DNA from: Daphnia carinata
Lineage: Eukaryota
Length of the DNA: 64,000 nucleotides
Assembly (NCBI RefSeq): GCF_022539665.2
Contig: NC_081332.1
Coordinates: 2,480,001 to 2,544,000 of the forward strand
Direction: 5' to 3'
Below the pieces are notes generated by a model, which was not told where the DNA came from, made no database searches, and saw only the letters and a list, made by a program, of their open reading frames with translations. Made by a program: the position numbers and the translations under genes. Of the stretch, positions 52,783 through 64,000 are shown in pieces. Numbering within the stretch: position 1 is the first letter of the stretch; every line of letters starts with the position of its first letter.

Positions 52783-53020
52783 GCATGGAAACTAGCTGAT
52801 TAGGCAAGCACTTAATGAAAAACTCTGCCTTGCTAAGAAACACTGTTTAGAAGACAGAAGCACGAAGAACAAAAATGAAACATTCCATGTTTTGGGGCAT
52901 TATTAATTGCAACTCTTAAAAGAAAAACCAACTGCAGTTCATTTGTTTGGTGGTAGACCATATACTTAATTATGCAAAAGGCTGAGGAAACAAATATACA
53001 ATTTGATTGAAACAGTTGAT

Positions 53021-53404
53021 TCATTTCTTTCCTTTTTTTCCTTTTTCTGCTTTGGCTTCTTGAGCTGCTTTTCGCCCAATGACGGCTAATGGCTTACCAT
53101 CCTGAGATACTTGAGACACAAGTCTATCTTCAAGAGTTTGATTGATTGTTTTTGAAATATTTTTCCTCATTTGTTTCGCCTCCATAATTTGGACCTTTCT
53201 TGGTCCAATCGGATTGTCTATAACCAAAACGGTTTGGGTATAATGACATGTATGTTCTGGAAAAGGTGGTGAAGAGGAAAAATTAAAAGTAAACTACTTA
53301 CTTTGCACTTTTCTTTTTGGTGGAACCTTATCCAACTTCTTTACTTTTTTGCCTTTCACGTTGGTAGGCATGGCGGTTTTCACTTTGATTTTTCCTTGTG
53401 GCAT
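53021..53404 (-). CDS. UPF0390 / Leydig cell tumor 10 kDa (C19orf53-like) small basic protein
   Basis: MPQGKIKVK...IGPRKVQIMEAKQMRKNISKTINQTLEDRLVSQVS...KPLAVI; Lys-rich; one intron with two in-frame acceptor options. Confidence 0.75.
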
Positions 53405-53846
53405 TTTGCTAAAATTTTGTGTCAAGTTAGGTTGGAGAAACGTGTTTCCAGTATCAACCTACCAGGTTTCTACTGCGGAGTAAACACTAAACAGTAATTG
53501 AATGTTGGCATTCAAAGAGACATCTAGGAGCGAGCGCTAACACTGTTTTTTCCAAACGCTGTTTTTGTTTTGAAATTATTATTTCGGCCTTGAGGTAAGA
53601 GCCAGATCCGGCCACATCTTAGAAACAAGGTTTCCATTTTGTGAATCTTGGTCTTTTCTCTTTTTCTTTTAGTCAAGGTAAAAATATTATAGAATATTTT
53701 GTTGCATAACACTGTGCTGTGTGGAATTTTTCTACCTTACATTGTTCATCACTTTTAGTTTTGCTTTTATTGTCCACTAAGTTATATTGCATGAATAATA
53801 TTATCGTGCCTTGCCTTTTTCCCATACAGGCACTGTCATACGAATC

Positions 53847-55509
53847 ATGTCTCAACAGTTCGTTAGTGTGGAAGAATCGCTGAAGAAACATCTGCCTGAA
53901 GAGGATAGGAAAGAAGTTTTTAGAATATTATATGGCAGGGAACTTCCGTGAGCATCTGTAATATAGTATTTTAGAATACCTACATATAATGAATGTACTT
54001 CTTGTTTTTTCAAAAGAGAGCTGGATTTGACAATAGGGACTGCCAATCCTTTGAATTTAGAGCTAAAAGGTTATACTTTCAGTGCTGAGCTAGAAGGACT
54101 GAGGCCACCACGGCGTGTACGCGTAGGTTTGATTCAAAACGCAATCGTACTACCGACAACGGATCCGGTAGCTGCCCAGCGAGACGCGTTGCTCTCAAAA
54201 ATTGGACAGATAATCGCAGTCGCACACTTGAATGGTGTCAACATTATCTGCATGCAAGAAGCTTGGAGTAAGTTGTCCCTTAAAATATAAATCTAGACGT
54301 TTTGTTTTTCTTACGCTGTTCTACTCCGGAACAGACATGCCCTTCGCCTTCTGCACTCGAGAGAAACATCCATGGTGTGAGTTTGCTGAGTCAGCTGAGA
54401 ATGGTCCCACAACTGTTTTTCTACAAGAAGTAAGTCATTTTATATATTTGGTGTTATGCCTTGGTCTCATCTAACAGTTATCAATAGTTAGCGAAACGGT
54501 ACAATATGGTTATCGTTTCGTCTATTCTGGAACGAGACGAAGATCATGGCGATACAATTTGGAACACCTGTGTTGTTATATCAAACAGTGGCAAAGTTAT
54601 GGGCAAAAGCCGTAAAAATCACATCCCGCGCGTTGGTGATTTTAATGAATCTACCTACTACATGGAAGGCAATCTAGGACATCCAGTCTTTGAAGTAAGC
54701 CAAAATATTAGATCGTTTTAATATATTGAGTATCACGCAATCTTCTTGTTGATCAGACTCAATTCGGCAGAATTGCCATTAACATATGCTATGGAAGACA
54801 CCATCCGCAGAATTGGATGATGTACGGTATTAACGGAGCAGAAATTGTTTTCAATCCATCAGCCACCGTTGGAGGTTTGAGGTTGTGCCTTTTTTCGTCC
54901 TCATATAGCGCCTAGATTTTAGTTTATTTCATTTTAATAGTGAACCTATGTGGTCTATTGAAGCCCGCAATGCTGCAATCGCCAACAGGTTTCGGAATTC
55001 CATATTCATAGTCTACTCACATTACCTACATTTTTTATTTTTGTAGCTATTTCACGTGTGCCATAAATCGTGTTGGTACTGAAGTGTTTCCTAATGAATT
55101 CTCGTCAGCAGACGGTCGGCCAGCCCATCGCGATTTTGGACACTTCTATGGCTCAAGCTATGTTGCTGCTCCGGATGGCTCACGCACACCCGTTAGAACA
55201 AGCATTTCATTTGGTATTTACTAATGCTCTTTTGAATTACATTTTATCACGGTTGCAGGGCTTGTCCCGTGTAAACGACGGTCTCCTTGTAGCGGAACTT
55301 GATCTTAATTTATGTAGACAAGTAAAGGACAAATGGGGATTCAGGGTAAGAGAAAACTATAGTATAGCATGTCACCAAGCAGCAAAACTTAAAAAATTTA
55401 TTCACAGATGACGCAACGACTAGATCTTTACAGTCGATCGCTGGAGCGCGCAATTCAGCCTGACTTCAAACCACAAATTGTGCGAGAAACCGTGACTCAC
55501 CAAAACTAA
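53847..55509 (+). CDS. UPB1: Beta-ureidopropionase (nitrilase family)
   Basis: [19 protein letters not shown] (Glu), [18 protein letters not shown] (Lys), [13 protein letters not shown] (Cys), [34 protein letters not shown]. Confidence 0.96.
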
Positions 55510-55585
55510 TGCGAGTGAGGTATTAACGTGCAATGATGTCGAGCTTAGGATATGCCGGGACCAAAACATCGTATTCATCACAATT

Positions 55586-56739
55586 TTAGCGATGTATTAA
55601 GATAATGTCTTCATCAGTGCCGTGAGCTTGTCTTGCTTTCTCGAAGGAAGAAAATGTTAGGCAACAGAGCTCTGTAGTAATAAAAAATAGAATCAAATGA
55701 TATTATGCTTTTAATTAGGATGGAGATCTTATGCTGTTATCCAAGTACTATACCACTTTTAACAGCTGGATCTCTGTAATACAAGAGCTTTTTATTAGTA
55801 TCAAATCCACAAATGACTATGTAGTGCCCTATAATGTAGCAAGAGAAAAAATATTGGAGAAATATATGGAATTAAAAGATTTGCCTTGCATACCACTAAA
55901 AGGAAGTTGGGGTTTCAAAAGTGTCCTCATAAAATTTCCAAACTCTTTGACCAAAGATTTGCAAGAAACACATTCTAGTTGGTTAACATCTATAAGTGCT
56001 ATAGCAACTCCGTTCTGCCTGATATGATGTATCAAGTCATTGATTTTCAGGGAACCAGTCTCAATTGAAATGCCTTTAGATGCTGCAGCTGCAAATCTTT
56101 GGTTAACTCTTGCTTCATCCTTGATAAAAATAGAACACAGAGCTCTTATAATCAGGTAATTTTTTCCACTCCCAGTAATGGCTACACCTTTAGGATATAG
56201 CTATCATAGAACTTTTCCTGTGAAAAATTGGGATTCACACCCAAAGTTTTTGTGTAATACTTGATTTTTACTGAAAAATGATTTAATATGTAGCAAAGAT
56301 CAATCGTCCATGTACTAGAGGAGAAATTTAAATAGTATAGGCTACAGCACTGATGAGTTTAAAATTAATTGACACAATCTAAGACAATTATTTCATACAA
56401 ACCTCCTATTTTGGTATTCTTCTGGGCAAATTGTACTTAAATTTTGAAGCAAGTGCAGTGCTAAATTTTTTGACAAAACCATTTGAATGCATGCAAGCCC
56501 ACAGTCCCAGTTTCTTGCCTGCTCAATATGAGGAAGTTCAATAATAAAAGCATCTGAAAATTCAAAATAGCAAAGAATATTGTAGTTGTCATGGACACAA
56601 GACAATTTTTTTAGAAGGTGTAACCTTTAAAAACCTAATCCTTTCAAGCTCAACATTTTAAAAGAAACTATCCATTACCTGACTGTGTTTCTTGACTACA
56701 AATCATAAAGTCTTCCGAATGTTCCGATTTTTCGGTCAT
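55586..56739 (-). CDS. GUCD1: GUCD1 (C22orf13) homolog
   Basis: LPHIEQARNWDCGLACIQMVL, STWTIDLCYIL, YYTKTLGVNP, DEARVNQRF, GHYIVICGFD, YRDPA, FEKARQAHGTDEDII. Confidence 0.92.
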
Positions 56740-57125
56740 ATTCTATTGATTTTCTTTTGAAAACTTTTATCCAAAAATACTTTAGGTTATTCCTTTGTTT
56801 AAAATTCTCTAGCACAAAGTTATCACGCGATAAGCTGAATGAATGATAAAAATGTTGAAGGAAATGATAAAATATTGCACGACCCACTTACCGCGTACAC
56901 ATTATCCCACAGCAGACGAGATTCATATTCACAACATTGCAGTCTGCTGTCAAGGCTCTTTAGTAGTGTTTGTAGTAGATGTGTACCAAACTGAAACCGC
57001 ATTTTTAGTCATCAAATAACCCAAGACAAATGTAAAATATAATACTTTGACTTGCCCCTGGCGCTTATCTAATCCGAAGCTTTTTTTAGAGTACTCCTGG
57101 AAAGAGTAGAACATTGAAAGCCCAA

Positions 57126-57283
57126 ATGAAAAGAATGTCGTGGACATTTCGAGTGCCTTTTCAAAACATAAAGAATTTCGTTGTTTCACGACCCCCTGCA
57201 GTAATATTTGCATTTTGCATCGCTTCGTTTAGTATACTTACCCTCTGTTTGTCACTATACATCAAACATACATCATCACCACT
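57126..57283 (+). CDS. TMEM248: TMEM248-like gene, N-terminal part, cut by the assembly gap
   Basis: PFQNIKNFVVSRPPAVIFAFCIASFSILTLCLSLYIK resembles the TMEM248 N-terminus (PLENLKVYISSRPPLVVF). Confidence 0.75.
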
Positions 57284-57383
57284 NNNNNNNNNNNNNNNNN
57301 NNNNNNNNNNNNNNNNNNNNNNNNNNNNNNNNNNNNNNNNNNNNNNNNNNNNNNNNNNNNNNNNNNNNNNNNNNNNNNNNNNN
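57284..57383. other. Assembly gap (100 N)
   Basis: Run of N. Confidence 1.
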
Positions 57384-60300
57384 TTTAAAGTTATAATTAA
57401 ATCAAACACATCTCAATCGACGTAACTTTTCATTCTGCGTCGAATGGATTCATTCCCAGCGTTCTATCTCTAACCGTTCAAAAGTTAGCATTTTTAAAAT
57501 TTTCAAAGCCATCTAGCGGTCGCATTTCAAGTTATAATTAAATCAAACACATCTCAATCGACGTAACTTTTCATTCTGCGTCGAATGGATTCATTCCCAG
57601 CGTTCTAGCATATACGGTTCAAAAGTTAGCATTTTTAAAATTTTCAAAGCCATCTAGCGGTCGCATTTCAAGTTATAATTAAATCAAACACATCTCAATC
57701 GACGTAACTTTTCATTCTGCGTCGAATGGATTCATTCCCAGCGTTCTATCTCTAACCGTTCAAAAGTTAGCATTTTTAAAATTTTCAAAGCCATCTAGCG
57801 GTCGCATTTCAAGTTATAATTAAATCAAACACATCTCAATCGACGTAACTTTTCATTCTGCGTCGAATGGATTCATTCCCAGCGTTCTATCATATACCGT
57901 TCAAAAGTTAGCATTTTTAAAATTTTCAAAGCCATCTAGCGGTCGCATTTCAAGTTATAATTAAATCAAACACATCTCAATCGACGTAACTTTTCATTCT
58001 GCGTCGAATGGATTCATTCCCAGCGTTCTATCTCTAACCGTTCAAAAGTTAGCATTTTTAAAATTTTCAAAGCCATCTAGCGGTCGCATTTCAAGTTATA
58101 ATTAAATCAAACACATCTCAATCGACGTAACTTTTCATTCTGCGTCGAATGGATTCATTCCCAGCGTTCTATCTCTAACCGTTCAAAAGTTAGCATTTTT
58201 AAAATTTTCAAAGCCATCTAGCGGTCGCATTTCAAGTTATAATTAAATCAAACACATCTCAATCGACGTAACTTTTCATTCTGCGTCGAATGGATTCATT
58301 CCCAGCGTTCTAGCATATACGGTTCAAAAGTTAGCATTTTTAAAATTTTCAAAGCCATCTAGCGGTCGCATTTCAAGTTATAATTAAATCAAACACATCT
58401 CAATCGACGTAACTTTTCATTCTGCGTCGAATGGATTCATTCCCAGCGTTCTATCTCTAACCGTTCAAAAGTTAGCATTTTTAAAATTTTCAAAGCCATC
58501 TAGCGGTCGCATTTCAAGTTATAATTAAATCAAACACATCTCAATCGACGTAACTTTTCATTCTGCGTCGAATGGATTCATTCCCAGCGTTCTATCATAT
58601 ACGGTTCAAAAGTTAGCATTTTTAAAATTTTCAAAGCCATCTAGCGGTCGCATTTCAAGTTATAATTAAATCAAACACATCTCAATCGACGTAACTTTTC
58701 ATTCTGCGTCGAATGGATTCATTCCCAGCGTTCTATCTCTAACCGTTCAAAAGTTAGCATTTTTAAAATTTTCAAAGCCATCTAGCGGTCGCATTTCAAG
58801 TTATAATTAAATCAAACACATCTCAATCGACGTAACTTTTCATTCTGCGTCGAATGGATTCATTCCCAGCGTTCTATCTCTAACCGTTCAAAAGTTAGCA
58901 TTTTTAAAATTTTCAAAGCCATCTAGCGGTCGCATTTCAAGTTATAATTAAATCAAACACATCTCAATCGACGTAACTTTTCATTCTGCGTCGAATGGAT
59001 TCATTCCCAGCGTTCTATCTCTAACCGTTCAAAAGTTAGCATTTTTAAAATTTTCAAAGCCATCTAGCGGTCGCATTTCAAGTTATAATTAAATCAAACA
59101 CATCTCAATCGACGTAACTTTTCATTCTGCGTCGAATGGATTCATTCCCAGCGTTCTATCTCTAACCGTTCAAAAGTTAGCATTTTTAAAATTTTCAAAG
59201 CCATCTAGCGGTCGCATTTCAAGTTATAATTAAATCAAACACATCTCAATCGACGTAACTTTTCATTCTGCGTCGAATGGATTCATTCCCAGCGTTCTAG
59301 CATATACGGTTCAAAAGTTAGCATTTTTAAAATTTTCAAAGCCATCTAGCGGTCGCATTTCAAGTTATAATTAAATCAAACACATCTCAATCGACGTAAC
59401 TTTTCATTCTGCGTCGAATGGATTCATTCCCAGCGTTCTAGCTCTACCGTTCAAAAGTTAGCATTTTTAAAATTTTCAAAGCCATCTAGCGGTCGCATTT
59501 CAAGTTATAATTAAATCAAACACATCTCAATCGACGTAACTTTTCATTCTGCGTCGAATGGATTCATTCCCAGCGTTCTATCTCTAACCGTTCAAAAGTT
59601 AGCATTTTTAAAATTTTCAAAGCCATCTAGCGGTCGCATTTCAAGTTATAATTAAATCAAACACATCTCAATCGACGTAACTTTTCATTCTGCGTCGAAT
59701 GGATTCATTCCCAGCGTTCTAGCATATACGGTTCAAAAGTTAGCATTTTTAAAATTTTCAAAGCCATCTAGCGGTCGCATTTCAAGTTATAATTAAATCA
59801 AACACATCTCAATCGACGTAACTTTTCATTCTGCGTCGAATGGATTCATTCCCAGCGTTCTATCTCTAACCGTTCAAAAGTTAGCATTTTTAAAATTTTC
59901 AAAGCCATCTAGCGGTCGCATTTCAAGTTATAATTAAATCAAACACATCTCAATCGACGTAACTTTTCATTCTGCGTCGAATGGATTCATTCCCAGCGTT
60001 CTAGCATATACGGTTCAAAAGTTAGCATTTTTAAAATTTTCAAAGCCATCTAGCGGTCGCATTTCAAGTTATAATTAAATCAAACACATCTCAATCGACG
60101 TAACTTTTCATTCTGCGTCGAATGGATTCATTCCCAGCGTTCTCTATCTCTAACCGTTCAAAAGTTAGCATTTTTAAAATTTTCAAAGCCATCTAGCGGT
60201 CGCATTTAAAGTTATAATTAAATCAAACACATCTCAATCGACGTAACTTTTCATTCTGCGTCGAATGGATTCATTCCCAGCGTTCTAGCATATACGGTTC

Positions 60301-63300
60301 AAAAGTTCAATCGACGTAACTTTTCATTCTGCGTCGAATGGATTCATTCCCAGCGTTCTATCTCTAACCGTTCAAAAGTTAGCATTTTTAAAATTTTCAA
60401 AGCCATCTAGCGGTCGCATTTCAAGTTATAATTAAATCAAACACATCTCAATCGACGTAACTTTTCATTCTGCGTCGAATGGATTCATTCCCAGCGTTCT
60501 ATCTCTAACCGTTCAAAAGTTAGCATTTTTAAAATTTTCAAAGCCATCTAGCGGTCGCATTTCAAGTTATAATTAAATCAAACACATCTCAATCGACGTA
60601 ACTTTTCATTCTGCGTCGAATGGATTCATTCCCAGCGTTCTATCTCTAACCGTTCAAAAGTTAGCATTTTTAAAATTTTCAAAGCCATCTAGCGGTCGCA
60701 TTTCAAGTTATAATTAAATCAAACACATCTCAATCGACGTAACTTTTCATTCTGCGTCGAATGGATTCATTCCCAGCGTTCTATCTCTAACCGTTCAAAA
60801 GTTAGCATTTTTAAAATTTTCAAAGCCATCTAGCGGTCGCATTTCAAGTTATAATTAAATCAAACACATCTCAATCGACGTAACTTTTCATTCTGCGTCG
60901 AATGGATTCATTCCCAGCGTTCTATCTCTAACCGTTCAAAAGTTAGCATTTTTAAAATTTTCAAAGCCATCTAGCGGTCGCATTTCAAGTTATAATTAAA
61001 TCAAACACATCTCAATCGACGTAACTTTTCATTCTGCGTCGAATGGATTCATTCCCAGCGTTCTATCTCTAACCGTTCAAAAGTTAGCATTTTTAAAATT
61101 TTCAAAGCCATCTAGCGGTCGCATTTCAAGTTATAATTAAATCAAACACATCTCAATCGACGTAACTTTTCATTCTGCGTCGAATGGATTCATTCCCAGC
61201 GTTCTATCTCTAACCGTTCAAAAGTTAGCATTTTTAAAATTTTCAAAGCCATCTAGCGGTCGCATTTAAAGTTATAATTAAATCAAACACATCTCAATCG
61301 ACGTAACTTTTCATTCTGCGTCGAATGGATTCATTCCCAGCGTTCTATCTCTAACCGTTCAAAAGTTAGCATTTTTAAATTTTTCAAAGCCATCTAGCGG
61401 TCGCATTTCAAGTTATAATTAAATCAAACACATCTCAATCGACGTAACTTTTCATTCTGCGTCGAATGGATTCATTCCCAGCGTTCTATCTTTAACCGTT
61501 CAAAAGTTAGCATTTTTAAAATTTTCAAAGCCATCTAGCGGTCGCATTTCAAGTTATAATTAAATCAAACACATCTCAATCGACGTAACTTTTCATTCTG
61601 CGTCGAATGGATTCATTCCCAGCGTTCTATCTCTAACCGTTCAAAAGTTAGCATTTTTAAAATTTTCAAAGCCATCTAGCGGTCGCATTTCAAGTTATAA
61701 TTAAATCAAACACATCTCAATCGACGTAACTTTTCATTCTGCGTCGAATGGATTCATTCCCAGCGTTCTAGCATATACGGTTCAAAAGTTAGCATTTTTA
61801 AAATTTCAAAGCCATCTAGCGGTCGCATTTCAAGTTATAATTAAATCAAACACATCTCAATCGACGTAACTTTTCATTCTGCGTCGAATGGATTCATTCC
61901 CAGCGTTCTATCTCTAACCGTTCAAAAGTTAGCATTTTTAAAATTTTCAAAGCCATCTAGCGGTCGCATTTAAAGTTATAATTAAATCAAACACATCTCA
62001 ATCGACGTAACTTTTCATTCTGCGTCGAATGGATTCATTCCCAGCGTTCTATCTCTAACCGTTCAAAAGTTAGCATTTTTAAAATTTTCAAAGCCATCTA
62101 GCGGTCGCATTTCAAGTTATAATTAAATCAAACACATCTCAATCGACGTAACTTTTCATTCTGCGTCGAATGGATTCATTCCCAGCGTTCTAGCATATAC
62201 GGTTCAAAAGTTAGCATTTTTAAAATTTTCAAAGCCATCTAGCGGTCGCATTTCAAGTTATAATTAAATCAAACACATCTCAATCGACGTAACTTTTCAT
62301 TCTGCGTCGAATGGATTCATTCCCAGCGTTCTATCTCTAACCGTTCAAAAGTTAGCATTTTTAAAATTTTCAAAGCCATCTAGCGGTCGCATTTCAAGTT
62401 ATAATTAAATCAAACACATCTCAATCGACGTAACTTTTCATTCTGCGTCGAATGGATTCATTCCCAGCGTTCTATCTCTAACCGTTCAAAAGTTAGCATT
62501 TTTAAAATTTTCAAAGCCATCTAGCGGTCGCATTTCAAGTTATAATTAAATCAAACACATCTCAATCGACGTAACTTTTCATTCTGCGTCGAATGGATTC
62601 ATTCCCAGCGTTCTATCTCTAACCGTTCAAAAGTTAGCATTTTTAAAATTTTCAAAGCCATCTAGCGGTCGCATTTCAAGTTATAATTAAATCAAACACA
62701 TCTCAATCGACGTAACTTTTCATTCTGCGTCGAATGGATTCATTCCCAGCGTTCTATCTCTAACCGTTCAAAAGTTAGCATTTTTAAAATTTTCAAAGCC
62801 ATCTAGCGGTCGCATTTCAAGTTATAATTAAATCAAACACATCTCAATCGACGTAACTTTTCATTCTGCGTCGAATGGATTCATTCCCAGCGTTCTATCT
62901 CTAACCGTTCAAAAGTTAGCATTTTTAAAATTTTCAAAGCCATCTAGCGGTCGCATTTCAAGTTATAATTAAATCAAACACATCTCAATCGACGACGAAA
63001 CTTTCATTCTGCGTCGAATGGATTCATTCCCAGCGTTCTATCTCTAACCGTTCAAAAGTTAGCATTTTTAAAATTTTCAAAGCCATCTAGCGGTCGCATT
63101 TCAAGTTATAATTAAATCAAACACATCTCAATCGACGTAACTTTTCATTCTGCGTCGAATGGATTCATTCCCAGCGTTCTAGCATATACGGTTCAAAAGT
63201 TAGCATTTTTAAAATTTTCAAAGCCATCTAGCGGTCGCATTTCAAGTTATAATTAAATCAAACACATCTCAATCGACGTAACTTTTCATTCTGCGTCGAA

Positions 63301-64000
63301 TGGATTCATTCCCAGCGTTCTATCTCTAACCGTTCAAAAGTTAGCATTTTTAAAATTTTCAAAGCCATCTAGCGGTCGCATTTCAAGTTATAATTAAATC
63401 AAACACATCTCAATCGACGTAACTTTTCATTCTGCGTCGAATGGATTCATTCCCAGCGTTCTATCTCTAACCGTTCAAAAGTTAGCATTTTTAAAATTTT
63501 CAAAGCCATCTAGCGGTCGCATTTAAAGTTATAATTAAATCAAACACATCTCAATCGACGTAACTTTTCATTCTGCGTCGAATGGATTCATTCCCAGCGT
63601 TCTATCTCTAACCGTTCAAAAGTTAGCATTTTTAAAATTTTCAAAGCCATCTAGCGGTCGCATTTCAAGTTATAATTAAATCAAACACATCTCAATCGAC
63701 GTAACTTTTCATTCTGCGTCGAATGGATTCATTCCCAGCGTTCTAGCATATACGGTTCAAAAGTTAGCATTTTTAAAATTTTCAAAGCCATCTAGCGGTC
63801 GCATTTCAAGTTATAATTAAATCAAACACATCTCAATCGACGTAACTTTTCATTCTGCGTCGAATGGATTCATTCCCAGCGTTCTATCTCTAACCGTTCA
63901 AAAGTTAGCATTTTTAAAATTTTCAAAGCCATCTAGCGGTCGCATTTAAAGTTATAATTAAATCAAACACATCTCAATCGACGTAACTTTTCATTCTGCG
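57384..64000. repeat. 141-bp tandem satellite, ~47 copies, continuing past the window end
   Basis: Unit AAGTTATAATTAAATCAAACACATCTCAATCGACG...GCCATCTAGCGGTCGCATTTC; period 141 nt (same motif at 57481, 57622, 57763); one deleted unit near 60307. Confidence 0.98.

Noticed and set aside
57284..57400. Satellite inserted into TMEM248
   Set aside because: The junction is a 100-N scaffold gap, so real adjacency is unproven
57384..64000. CRISPR-like array (constant repeat plus variable block)
   Set aside because: Variable part is 9 nt with two main states, not unique spacers; no cas genes; eukaryotic context

Overview
Eukaryotic, AT-rich, intron-dense genomic DNA with many 55-110 nt introns. Gene content and style suggest a branchiopod crustacean, most likely Daphnia (inference). 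In order: 5' part of a pancreatic-lipase-family gene; a DM-domain gene (Dmrt11E/DMRT2 type); a three-member ferritin cluster (one canonical copy with a 5' IRE, one internally deleted pseudogene with a mutated IRE, one copy lacking key ferroxidase ligands); three tRNA genes, one with a Ser body but an Asn anticodon; a frameshifted fragment and an intact ~2300-aa gene of a SecA-like DEAD-motor family; a small secreted PAN/apple-like gene; a serine protease; two MITE-like elements; an ionotropic receptor; mRpS33; a Gly-rich secreted gene; an AA15 LPMO; a UPF0390/C19orf53-like gene; UPB1, GUCD1 and the start of TMEM248. After an assembly gap comes a 141-bp satellite array. Top leads: the animal SecA-like giant protein and its decayed paralog, the Ser-body/Asn-anticodon tRNA, the diversified ferritin trio, and the UPB1-GUCD1 pairing that is also found in human. 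All calls come from manual reading; no searches were run.
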